Positions 38,654-47,785 of a DNA stretch of 64,000 nt are shown here, piece by piece. Under the pieces are notes generated by a model. The model was not told the origin of the DNA, searched no databases, and was given only the letters and a program-made list of their open reading frames with translations. How positions within the stretch are numbered: the first letter of the stretch is position 1; every line of letters begins with the position of its first letter. Position numbers and translations under genes: made by a program. The DNA is taken from the NCBI GenBank assembly GCA_038210985.1, contig JBBQWB010000002.1, forward strand, positions 499-64,498, given 5' to 3'. This DNA is from Bacteroidales bacterium. GTDB lineage: Bacteria; Bacteroidota; Bacteroidia; Bacteroidales; WCHB1-69.

Positions 38654-39445
38654 TTAAAATAAACCACCTACAGATGCATACAGTCCATATATTATAGCCT
38701 CTTTTGCACAAAGAGAAGGGCAATTCGTTCCTTTATATGGTTTTTTAAAATCAGGACAATACTCATACGCACATAAAGCATATTGCCTAGAAAAACCAAT
38801 TGCATCAGCAAAAGCAAAATCTGCAACATAGAAAGGCCTTTTTGCTAATGCATAGTCTTCAAAATTAGGAAAATAGCTCATTTCCATATGCCATGATGAA
38901 GATACGCTATTTGTTGCATCAAACCAATACTTAACACTACTTCTATAAAACAAAATTGTACTTGCTAAAAGATGAATTTCATATGAATGTAAATCCTTAT
39001 CATCATAGATTGTATTTACTAGATTTGTTATCACTGAGTCAAAAATTGTTTGAGTTGTTGAATAATCTTTAATAGAGTCTAATCCATCAAAGTACTCAAC
39101 AACTTTGTCTGAAACAATTGACTCATTATATAAATGAATTCCAAAATCTTTAAAATCGCTGTAATTTATTGAATCAATTTGCATTCCAGTATCTATAATA
39201 ATATCGTAATTATTATACAAAAAATCCTTTAAATAATCTGCAATATTTATTGTATCAATACATGGAAAGTTGATATAATTAGTTAACTCATCTAAACATG
39301 CATTATGAATAACTCCATAAATACTGTCATTTGTAAAAGCAGTGTAATTTTGGTTTTTTTGAATTAAACTTGTTTCATTTTTTTTGCATTGTGTTGATAA
39401 TAAAACTATTATTACTAGACAAAATAAAATGAAATTGTTTTTCAT
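38654..39445 (-). CDS. Hypothetical lipoprotein
   Basis: Lipobox VLLSTQC. No recognisable motifs. Cys-containing C-terminal region (CAYEYCPDFKKPYKGTNCPSLC). Visibly AT-rich. Confidence 0.5.
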   Translation of the reverse strand: MKNNFILFCLVIIVLLSTQCKKNETSLIQKNQNYTAFTNDSIYGVIHNACLDELTNYINFPCIDTINIADYLKDFLYNNYDIIIDTGMQIDSINYSDFKDFGIHLYNESIVSDKVVEYFDGLDSIKDYSTTQTIFDSVITNLVNTIYDDKDLHSYEIHLLASTILFYRSSVKYWFDATNSVSSSWHMEMSYFPNFEDYALAKRPFYVADFAFADAIGFSRQYALCAYEYCPDFKKPYKGTNCPSLCAKEAIIYGLYASVGGLF

Positions 39446-39695
39446 GATTTTGAGATTTGACTAATAAAAAAAATTAATTAAATGTACGTTAAATATGCGC
39501 AGATGTGCAAAAGATTAACACATAAATAACACTTTTGGTTTTGTAGAACATTGCTAAAACGATTAAGCACTTAATTGTAATTTCATCGTCGTTGTTTAAA
39601 TATTAACACATAATTAAACCATGGATTATCAAATTATCATTTTGAAATAAGTGATCACAAGTATTTAATCTCTTCGGCCCAAATTTCTGCGTTTT

Positions 39696-39716
39696 GCTCG
39701 GATTTGCAATCCGAGC
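39696..39716. repeat. REP-like palindrome gctcggatt-tgc-aatccgagc just downstream of nfo
   Basis: Perfect 9-bp stem. Same family as 37930-37950. Confidence 0.7.
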
Positions 39717-39740
39717 ATTTATCAGCAATCACTTTTATTC

Positions 39741-40580
39741 CTAAATATAAGAATACAATAACTTTATTTCTTCAGCCCAAATTTCCTCGTTTGGAGTTTC
39801 TAAAATAAGTGGAATATTATCAAACCGTGAATCCTTCATTAGAATTTTGAATACTTCGTTGCCAAGTGTCCCTATTCCAATGCTTTCATGACGGTCAACG
39901 CGACTTCCAAAGGCTTTTTTAGAGTCGTTAATGTGCATTCCTTTTAAATATTTGAATCCAATCATATTATCAAAATGGATAAACATTTTTTCAAAACCTT
40001 CGGCAGTGGATAAATCATAACCAGCCGAAAAACTATGGCAAGTATCAATGCAAATTCCAACACGACTTTTGTCTTCAACTTTTTCAATGATATATGCAAT
40101 TTGCTCAAACAAATAACCCAAATTTGTCCCTTGTCCTGCTGTGTTTTCTATTACTGCCGAAACTCCTTTGGTTTTATCCAAGGCGATATTTATAGATTCG
40201 GCAATAGTGCTCAAACAATCCTCTTCCGAAATTTTATTTAAATGGCTACCTGGATGAAAATTCAATCTATCTAACCCAAGTTGTTCGCAACGTTGCATTT
40301 CGTCTAAAAAAGCGTCTCGTGATTTCTCCAGTGCTTCTCTTTCGGGATGTCCTAAATTTATAAGATAACTGTCGTGAGGTAGAATTTGGAATGCTTGAAA
40401 ATCGTATTTTTCGCAATATTCCTTAAATTTTTTAATACTTGTTTGAGATAATGGTAGCGAAGCCCACTGACGTTGGTTTTTTGTAAACAAAGCAAAGGCT
40501 TTTGCTCCAATATTTACTGCATTTAATACTGCATTTTCGACACCGCCTGAGGCACTTACATGAGCTCCTAAATATTTCAT
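39741..40580 (-). CDS. nfo: Deoxyribonuclease IV (endonuclease IV)
   Basis: [49 protein letters not shown] metal-ligand motifs. Confidence 0.93.
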   Translation of the reverse strand: MKYLGAHVSASGGVENAVLNAVNIGAKAFALFTKNQRQWASLPLSQTSIKKFKEYCEKYDFQAFQILPHDSYLINLGHPEREALEKSRDAFLDEMQRCEQLGLDRLNFHPGSHLNKISEEDCLSTIAESINIALDKTKGVSAVIENTAGQGTNLGYLFEQIAYIIEKVEDKSRVGICIDTCHSFSAGYDLSTAEGFEKMFIHFDNMIGFKYLKGMHINDSKKAFGSRVDRHESIGIGTLGNEVFKILMKDSRFDNIPLILETPNEEIWAEEIKLLYSYI

Positions 40581-40652
40581 GGCTATTTTTTTGTTTCAAA
40601 GATAAAAAAAAATGAAAATAATTGTTTCGGAAATGAATACGTTTAATAATCT

Positions 40653-41543
40653 TTAATTTCTTTTATCAAAACCCCACATCAACTTTTCGCGAATTGTTTT
40701 AAAAAAGGAATTTTGTGGAAACTGAACAATATTTAGCTGGAATGGTGCTTTTGAAATAATCAACTCAATGGTCGATTCTAAATTTAAACTACACGAATCA
40801 ACTCCTAAAGTATAATGACAAGACCGTCCCGAAATTTTCACTTTAATAATATTTTTGTCTGAAAAAACAACCGGACGAACCGTAAGTGTATGAGAAGCGA
40901 TTGGTGTTAAAATAAAGGAGTTGGAGTCGGGGGTTAAAATTGGACCTCCGCAACTTAACGAATATGCTGTGGAGCCAGTTGGGGTGGCAATAATAATTCC
41001 ATCTGCCCAATAATTGTTTAAAAATTCACCTTCTACTTCAACCTTAAACGAAAGCATCGAAGCATTTTCGGTCCTTCGAACCGTTATATCGTTAAGTGCA
41101 TATAATTGAGTTTTACTAAAGGTTTCATTTTGCGAATTAATTTCTAGCAAGGTGCGTTTATCTAAATTAAAATTTCCGGTTACAAAATTATTTAATGCAC
41201 TTTCGATATCATCAATTTGGGTGTTCGCTAAAAAACCCAATCTTCCATTATTTATACCAATTATTGGTAAATTACTATCTTTAATATATGGTAAGGTTCC
41301 TAAAAAGGTTCCATCGCCACCAATTGACAACATACAATCGGCTTTATTTAAAAGAGTTTCGTAGGAATCAAAATAATCAAAAATATTTTTTGTCGATATT
41401 TTATCACAAATAATATTGTATAATGGCTTATATAAAACAATGCTATTGCCTTGATTAATAATGGCATCTATGACTTTTTGTAATACATCATACGATTGGT
41501 TTCCATGCGGTTTACTATAAATTGCAAATGTTTTTTTTGTCAT
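40653..41543 (-). CDS. nadK: NAD(+) kinase
   Basis: GGDGTFL, GINNGRLGFL, DGIIIATPTGSTAYSLSCGGPI motifs. Confidence 0.92.
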   Translation of the reverse strand: MTKKTFAIYSKPHGNQSYDVLQKVIDAIINQGNSIVLYKPLYNIICDKISTKNIFDYFDSYETLLNKADCMLSIGGDGTFLGTLPYIKDSNLPIIGINNGRLGFLANTQIDDIESALNNFVTGNFNLDKRTLLEINSQNETFSKTQLYALNDITVRRTENASMLSFKVEVEGEFLNNYWADGIIIATPTGSTAYSLSCGGPILTPDSNSFILTPIASHTLTVRPVVFSDKNIIKVKISGRSCHYTLGVDSCSLNLESTIELIISKAPFQLNIVQFPQNSFFKTIREKLMWGFDKRN

Positions 41544-41549
41544 GATTAT

Positions 41550-42953
41550 TTAAATTGAAGCCTTTAAATTTACAAAAAATCCCCATTGATTAAACAAAAA
41601 ATTATGGCTCATCTCAAATCGGAAAACCATATCGTAATATGTTACAAAATCTAACCCAATGCCAGCACTATAAATCCGATCATTTTGTGGCTTTGTCATC
41701 TGTATAAAAACATTGCGCCGATTATCTTCTGAAAAAATTGCCGCATCAAAAAAAGCATTAAGATAAATGGCATAATGAAATAAACCAATATTGTCGGACT
41801 TAATAAGCGGTAAACGTTTTGTCCTTTTTTTAACCAAGGTAAACCCAATATTATTTTTTAAAATAACAAAGTTTTTAACAGGGATATTATAATATTCGTA
41901 GCCTCTAATATCATTATTATTGCCGCCAATTTCGGTTCCTAAAAATTCTGCTTTAGCATCCCGAAACGAAGAAAGAGCATTTATTCCACAAGCATAATGA
42001 ATCCGTTGGTTAAACGCTTTATAAAATCTCATATTTGACTGTACGGAAGTTTTGTAAAATTTTTCGGCAGGTAAAAAATTCAATCCTGTTTGTGTAAAAA
42101 TCAAATCGGCATAAAATCCATTTAGTGGATATGATTTATTATCGCGAAAATCGATTTTAATTTTTGAATAGAAATTTAAAATCTGAGTTTTATTTAAAGG
42201 AGCATAAAAAGGGTTTTTAGCAAAAATCGAATCGTTGAAATTAAACTGATTGTATGAAACCGAAAATTGCCCCGAAGCTCTATATGTTGGACGATAAATA
42301 AAACTAATTCCGCCGTTCATAATTTCTGCAAGTGGGGAAGAGGATAATCGATAAAAAGTATTTTTTAAATCGACAATTCCAATATTAACCTCATGATATT
42401 TAGACCAAGAAGCATCAAACATTGTTCCAAGTGTTTGACGCTTATTTATATACGGAATAGAATACGTTATGCCAAAACTTTGATCATAGCCAAAATTTGC
42501 TTTTAAAATCAATTGTTCGCGTGAACCTCGAAAATTGAGGTCCGCTAATAGCAACATTAATGTGAGGTGATTATAATTTTTATCGATCCACCAAGTATTA
42601 AAGTTGTTTTCGGCAGTTTTTACCATTGCAAAGGGCCAAATATACCAACGTTCAGTAACATTCACTCGAATGGTATAAATATTTTCGACAATGGTGTCAG
42701 TTTGAATGTTTACAAAATTAAAAAGTGAAGTGTTTTGAATATTTTGTTCGCTTTTAATTATTTTTTCGTTCAATTCAGCAGCACTAAGAGAATCTCCTTT
42801 TTTAAATTGAATTTCGCGAAAAATAATATAATCCTGAGTCCGTTTATTACCATGCAACTGAATATCCTGTATTTTTACAGTTTCGGTTTGTGACAACAGA
42901 AAAGCGGGAATTTGTAAGCAAATAAAAAATAAAAAAACGAAAGTTTTGTTCAT
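41550..42953 (-). CDS. Omp85/BamA-family outer-membrane protein (POTRA domain plus beta-barrel)
   Basis: Signal peptide. POTRA-like IQDIQLHGNKRTQDYIIFREIQFKKGD. C-terminal barrel ending FFVNLKASI. Confidence 0.7.
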   Translation of the reverse strand: MNKTFVFLFFICLQIPAFLLSQTETVKIQDIQLHGNKRTQDYIIFREIQFKKGDSLSAAELNEKIIKSEQNIQNTSLFNFVNIQTDTIVENIYTIRVNVTERWYIWPFAMVKTAENNFNTWWIDKNYNHLTLMLLLADLNFRGSREQLILKANFGYDQSFGITYSIPYINKRQTLGTMFDASWSKYHEVNIGIVDLKNTFYRLSSSPLAEIMNGGISFIYRPTYRASGQFSVSYNQFNFNDSIFAKNPFYAPLNKTQILNFYSKIKIDFRDNKSYPLNGFYADLIFTQTGLNFLPAEKFYKTSVQSNMRFYKAFNQRIHYACGINALSSFRDAKAEFLGTEIGGNNNDIRGYEYYNIPVKNFVILKNNIGFTLVKKRTKRLPLIKSDNIGLFHYAIYLNAFFDAAIFSEDNRRNVFIQMTKPQNDRIYSAGIGLDFVTYYDMVFRFEMSHNFLFNQWGFFVNLKASI

Positions 42954-42967
42954 CCAACTAGCCTTCC

Positions 42968-43630
42968 TTATATGTTAAGCCATGTCAAAAACTCATCGTA
43001 TTTGGAGTTAAGCATGTCAAAATATTCACTTTCAGAGAAAGACTCTTTTACAATATAATTAAATCTATTAAAAGTTGGAATAATGGAGGAAATATCGTTT
43101 TTATTAATTTTCAAAATGACATCCATTTTTGTCGATTTGGGGTGGCTATGAATGTAAACACTCAGAATTTTTGCATCGTTAGATTCAACAATAGTAGCTA
43201 TTTGAGACAACAGATAATCGTGGCTAAACATTTCCAAAACAATAACAGCACCAGGATTAGAAACAGCAGTTAATTGTGAAATGGATTGACAAAGATCCAC
43301 AAGAGTTATTACTCCTAAATAAGTATTTTTAGCATCTACTACTGGTAAAATAGTCAGTTTCGATTCGCTAAAATTTTTAAATACATCATAAATATGCTGT
43401 GTTTCGAAAATCGAAGTCATATTTAGAGAAAGATTGTAAGCACCAATGGCTAATTTTATATTGTTTTCGCTCAAAATATCTGCTTCGGAAATTAAGCCCA
43501 AAAAAGACTCATTATTCACAATTGGTAAATGCGAAACTTTATATTCTTCCATTATTCTAAGAGCATAATCGCCCTTGTCTGAGGTTTTTAGTGGTGCTAT
43601 TCCAGTTGTTGTTAAATCTATAGCCTTCAT
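42968..43630 (-). CDS. CBS domain-containing protein
   Basis: Tandem CBS motifs (HLPIVNNESFLGLISEADIL; ILPVVDAKNTYLGVITLVDL). The start is taken at MKAIDLTT (43630). Confidence 0.75.
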   Translation of the reverse strand: MKAIDLTTTGIAPLKTSDKGDYALRIMEEYKVSHLPIVNNESFLGLISEADILSENNIKLAIGAYNLSLNMTSIFETQHIYDVFKNFSESKLTILPVVDAKNTYLGVITLVDLCQSISQLTAVSNPGAVIVLEMFSHDYLLSQIATIVESNDAKILSVYIHSHPKSTKMDVILKINKNDISSIIPTFNRFNYIVKESFSESEYFDMLNSKYDEFLTWLNI

Positions 43631-43675
43631 AATAAACTTAAATTTATAGCAATAATAATGCAATAATAAATAAAA

Positions 43676-45028
43676 TTAGACTATAATACAATTACTTTTT
43701 TTTAAAAACCTATAAACGGTCGATTTAGCAACATTCAATTTTTCAGAAACAGTATTTACATTGTTGTTATATTTAATCATGTACTGTTTTATAATTAACA
43801 TCTCATACTCATCTAAAGTTTTATCTTCAAAAAGAACAAAAGTATTTTTATTTTCATTTGTAAATGTAATGTTTTCGGCTTTGATATTTCCTTTTTGGCA
43901 AACCGTAATAGCCAACTCAATAATTGACCTTAATTCGCTTACGTTACCTGGATAGGTGTGGTTTAAAAGCTTGGTTTGTGCATCGGGTAAAAGTTTCGCT
44001 TTTTTTAAATTATTTTCGATGCAATATTCATTTATAAATCTATTTGCAATTTCAATAATGTCATTTCCTCTTTGTCGTAAAGGAGGTACACTAATAGGAA
44101 TACCAATTATTCGATAAAATAAATCTTTTCTAAAATTTCCATTTTGAACTTCTTTTTCTAAATCTTTACTAGTAGAAGCAATTATTCGAACATCAAGTTT
44201 TACTAAACGTTTACTTCCGATGCGACAAATTTCTTTTTCTTGTAAAAAATTTAAAATTTTTAATTGTGTTTTACTATCTAAATCGCAAATCTCTTCTATA
44301 TATAATGTTCCTCCATTTGCTTCTTCCAATTTTCCAATTTTACGATATGGTAATCCCGGAATTGCATCCTTTTCATAACCAAACAACTCTAACTCTATAT
44401 TGGTTTCGTTATATATTGTAGTAGAAAATATAATAAATGGCTGCTCTGCTCTAATCGAATTATAATGAATCGATTTTGCAATTAAGGCTTTTCCACTGCC
44501 AACTTCTCCTGAAATTACAACTGGTAATTTAGATTTTATTGCGGATTCGATCATTAAAGACATTTTGCGAATTCCTTCACTATTACCTTGAATAAGTTCT
44601 AAACGATATTTAGTCGAAATTTGAGCCCTAAGATTTTGAATTTCCTGTTTTAGACCAATCTGTTCCTTTATTCGTTCAACGGCATTCCACAATCTTTCCT
44701 TTGTGTCTTCCCCTTTAATAATATAATCGTATGCCCCAATTTTAAATAATTCAACCGCTACGGCTAGTTCGCCTTGACCCGAAACCATTACTACGGGTAT
44801 GTTGAGATTAAATTCCTTTATTTTTTCTAAAACTTCCTTGCCATTAATATCAGGTAAGCCGTAATCCAATGAAATAATATCGGGGTTGCGATATAAATTG
44901 CTTAATAAATCACAGCCATTATCAAAAACTTCAATATAATTTTCGGGATTAGCACCTAAATGATAATGTAATAATTTTGCATAATAAGGATCATCTTCTA
45001 CCAGAAAAATCTTAATCACTTGTTTCAT
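43676..45028 (-). CDS. NtrC-family response regulator (REC + AAA+ + Fis-type HTH) with a degenerate GAFTGA loop
   Basis: REC domain (KIFLVEDDP, SLDYGLPDINGKEV). Walker A ISGEVGSGKALIAKSIH. ELFGYEKDAIPGLPYRK in place of ELFGHEKGAFTGA. GGTLYIEEI, PGNVSELRS. C-terminal HTH NVAKSTVYRFLKK. Confidence 0.85.
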   Translation of the reverse strand: MKQVIKIFLVEDDPYYAKLLHYHLGANPENYIEVFDNGCDLLSNLYRNPDIISLDYGLPDINGKEVLEKIKEFNLNIPVVMVSGQGELAVAVELFKIGAYDYIIKGEDTKERLWNAVERIKEQIGLKQEIQNLRAQISTKYRLELIQGNSEGIRKMSLMIESAIKSKLPVVISGEVGSGKALIAKSIHYNSIRAEQPFIIFSTTIYNETNIELELFGYEKDAIPGLPYRKIGKLEEANGGTLYIEEICDLDSKTQLKILNFLQEKEICRIGSKRLVKLDVRIIASTSKDLEKEVQNGNFRKDLFYRIIGIPISVPPLRQRGNDIIEIANRFINEYCIENNLKKAKLLPDAQTKLLNHTYPGNVSELRSIIELAITVCQKGNIKAENITFTNENKNTFVLFEDKTLDEYEMLIIKQYMIKYNNNVNTVSEKLNVAKSTVYRFLKKSNCIIV

Positions 45029-45109
45029 AACTTAGTTTAGGTTAGATAATGTAGCTATCAAAATTATTTTATTACTTTTGATTGTAAATATAAAACAAAA
45101 TACAAATAA

Positions 45110-46351
45110 ATGAATAAAGTTCTTAAGTTTTCATTAAAAATACTCTATATACCTCTATTTATCGTTACTTTATTATTAACATGGCAGTCTATATTATATA
45201 TATTGTCGCCAATTTATACTTTTTTGACACCTGTCCCTTTTAATGGTGTTAAAATATATAATCCATACCAAAACACCGATTCCACAAAATGGTTAAAAGG
45301 TAATTTTCACATGCATTCCGATGCTTGGTCGGTTTTTGCCGATGGCAGAAAAAATAATAAAGATTCCGTATTAAGAAAGTACAAAACACTCAATTATAAT
45401 CTAATATCATTATCCGACTATCAAAAAGTGTCAAAACTGGATGACCCTAATTGCAATATTATCACTTCGTACGAACATGGTTTTAATATTAAAAAAACCC
45501 ATCAATTATCCATAGGTGCTGAGCGTGTTTTGTGGAAAGATTATGTTTTTTATCAAGATATAAACCACAAACAAAATATAATTTATTTGTTAAAGGAAAA
45601 TTGCAAAGTGCTTTGTTTAAATCATCCTCGAATGATGAATTCGTACACTTCGGATGACTTAAAGCAACTTAGAGGTTACCAGTTGTTTGAAGCCATGAAT
45701 CATTTGCGGTTTTCTGTTGATTTGTGGGACACCGTTTTAAGTGCCGGAATTCCATCTTTTATATTGGCAAGCGACGATTGCCATGACATATATAACCCAA
45801 CTTTGTTTGGGCGTTGTTGCACTTTTATTCAAACTGATTCTTATAATTCTGATTCCATTTTGAATAATTTACAAAAAGGCAAAGCTTATGGTGTTGAACT
45901 AGCAATGCCATCCGAAGATATTTATGTGAGAGCCGAATATCACAAAAATATTCCACGACTTCATCGCATTGATTTAATTGGAGACACTTTAATAAAAGTT
46001 CAGACCGACAGACCGGCTAAAATGTTCTATTTTATTGGACAAAATGGCGTTTTAAAAGATTCGGTTCAAAATTCGAGCATTGCAGAATACGTTTTCAAGA
46101 AAAATGATACATACATTAGAACAGAAATAATTTTTGACGACTATACACGATTGTTATTAAATCCGTTATTTAGGTATCAAAACAAAGATGTGTTTAACTT
46201 AGTTAATCCAATTAATAAAGAAGCAACGATAATAAAAAGAATAACTTACTTCACCTTAATTGGATTTATAATATTTCTATTTTTAATGGCAAAACGCTAT
46301 TTTAAAAAAAAGAAAAAGCAAAGCAACGATTCTAAAAGCAATGCCGTCTAA
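45110..46351 (+). CDS. Membrane-anchored hypothetical protein with PHP-like metal-dependent phosphoesterase motifs
   Basis: N-terminal TM (ILYIPLFIVTLLLTW) and C-terminal TM (FTLIGFIIFLFLMA). GNFHMHSD, YEHGF, LNHP and ASDDCHD resemble the PHP-domain His/Asp ligand set. Confidence 0.5.
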   Translation: MNKVLKFSLKILYIPLFIVTLLLTWQSILYILSPIYTFLTPVPFNGVKIYNPYQNTDSTKWLKGNFHMHSDAWSVFADGRKNNKDSVLRKYKTLNYNLISLSDYQKVSKLDDPNCNIITSYEHGFNIKKTHQLSIGAERVLWKDYVFYQDINHKQNIIYLLKENCKVLCLNHPRMMNSYTSDDLKQLRGYQLFEAMNHLRFSVDLWDTVLSAGIPSFILASDDCHDIYNPTLFGRCCTFIQTDSYNSDSILNNLQKGKAYGVELAMPSEDIYVRAEYHKNIPRLHRIDLIGDTLIKVQTDRPAKMFYFIGQNGVLKDSVQNSSIAEYVFKKNDTYIRTEIIFDDYTRLLLNPLFRYQNKDVFNLVNPINKEATIIKRITYFTLIGFIIFLFLMAKRYFKKKKKQSNDSKSNAV

Positions 46352-46368
46352 TAAAAACAGTGATTGAA

Positions 46369-46887
46369 ATGTTAAAAGATGAAAACCTCATAAAAGAATG
46401 TTTGAAAAACAATCGTGTAGCACAAAAGGAGTTATACGACAAATATTCATCTAAATTAATGGGGGTTTGCATTCGCTACACAAATTCTAAGGAAGATGCT
46501 GAAGATATGTTGATTGAAGGGTTTACGTTGATATTCCAAAAGCTGTCGATGTTTAAAGGAGATGGGTCGTTTGAAGGCTGGATGAAAAGAATTATGATTA
46601 ATAATGCGATAAGTCATTTTCGAACAAACAGTAAATACCGATTTCATAAAGACATTGAAGAAGTGTATAATGAAATTGAAAAACAGGAATCAATAATAGA
46701 AAAAATGGAAGCTCAACGTATAATGAAACTCGTAAATTCAATGCCCAAAGGGTATCGAATGATTTTTAATTTATACGCTGTAGAAGGATATACCCATCGC
46801 GAAATTGCGGATAAACTTGATTTGTCAGAAGGAACTTCTAAATCACAATTTTCAAAAGCCCGAAAATGGCTACAAAACAGACTATAA
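46369..46887 (+). CDS. ECF-type RNA polymerase sigma-70 family factor
   Basis: Region 2 (EDAEDMLIEGFTLIFQKL...FEGWMKRIMINNAISHFR). Region 4 HTH (YAVEGYTHREIADKLDLSEGTSKSQFSKARKWLQNRL). An alternative GTG start exists at 46360. Confidence 0.88.
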   Translation: MLKDENLIKECLKNNRVAQKELYDKYSSKLMGVCIRYTNSKEDAEDMLIEGFTLIFQKLSMFKGDGSFEGWMKRIMINNAISHFRTNSKYRFHKDIEEVYNEIEKQESIIEKMEAQRIMKLVNSMPKGYRMIFNLYAVEGYTHREIADKLDLSEGTSKSQFSKARKWLQNRL

Positions 46888-46888
46888 T

Positions 46889-47785
46889 ATGAACAAATTG
46901 ACGGAAAATAATATTATTGATGCACTAAAAAACTTTACCGAAACTCCTTCGGACAAGTGCTGGAATAGTATTGCCAATAATTTACCGCCAGTTGCTCCTC
47001 AAATTCCTAACGCTGTACAAAATCCTTCAAACGGATTTAGTCATTTTTTTGGAAGTATCGCCGGAAAAGTAATTTTGGCAGTTGTTGCCATTGCTACCGT
47101 TGCTACCATCATTACGGTAATAAATAACAATGAAAAACCGAATGTTGCAAACCAGCCCAAAATTGAAAAACCAGCTATCGTTTCCGATACGAATGCTACA
47201 ATCGTAGAAATAAAAGAACCTGCTTCTACAAAACCTTTGGTTGTTAATGCACTTGAAAATTCCCCCTCATCACAACAAACAGAAAAAATTGATAATAATT
47301 CAAATCACACAAACCATACTGTTTTAAAGGAACAAAGTTCGCCAATTAGCGTTGCTCAAGTATCGCCAAAAGTTAATACAAAACCAATAATAAAAACAAG
47401 CGAACCAGAAGTTTCTAAGGTAAACAATACCGAGATAACAAACGAATTGACGGAAACTCCAGAAATTGAGGAAACAACCCTCCAAATTAAAAACAGTACT
47501 ATTTTGCAGGAAGGTTTTAATTTTGACTTATTAAAACGGCCAAATGTTTTTACTCCAAATGGCGATGGATATAACGATTACTTAGTTTTCGAAAACATTG
47601 AATTGTTTCCTAAAAATCGCCTGATTATTATTAATTCAAACAGTGTAAAAATATTTGAACAAAATCAATATAATAATACTTGGGATGGAAGCAATGCTCC
47701 CGATGGAGTATATTTTTACATCCTCGAATTAAACAATGGTCAAAAAACGATTTCGATATACGGAAGCGTTCAAATTTTAAGATAA
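46889..47785 (+). CDS. Anti-sigma-like single-pass membrane protein with a C-terminal T9SS type B (CHU_C) domain
   Basis: ATG lies 1 nt after the sigma-factor stop. Short cytoplasmic N-terminus (TETPSDKCWNSIANNL). TM ILAVVAIATVATIITVI. Low-complexity S/T/P/N/E linker. C-terminus is RPNVFTPNGDGYNDYLVFENI...WDGSNAPDGVYFYILE...GSVQILR. Confidence 0.75.
   Translation: MNKLTENNIIDALKNFTETPSDKCWNSIANNLPPVAPQIPNAVQNPSNGFSHFFGSIAGKVILAVVAIATVATIITVINNNEKPNVANQPKIEKPAIVSDTNATIVEIKEPASTKPLVVNALENSPSSQQTEKIDNNSNHTNHTVLKEQSSPISVAQVSPKVNTKPIIKTSEPEVSKVNNTEITNELTETPEIEETTLQIKNSTILQEGFNFDLLKRPNVFTPNGDGYNDYLVFENIELFPKNRLIIINSNSVKIFEQNQYNNTWDGSNAPDGVYFYILELNNGQKTISIYGSVQILR

Noticed and set aside
45029-45109. 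Sigma-54 (-24/-12, TGGCAC-N5-TTGC) promoter in the divergent region next to the NtrC-type regulator
   Set aside because: No such motif is present here or in the other intergenic regions I read. The tggcgga motifs in the REP-like elements do not have the TTGC partner at the correct spacing.
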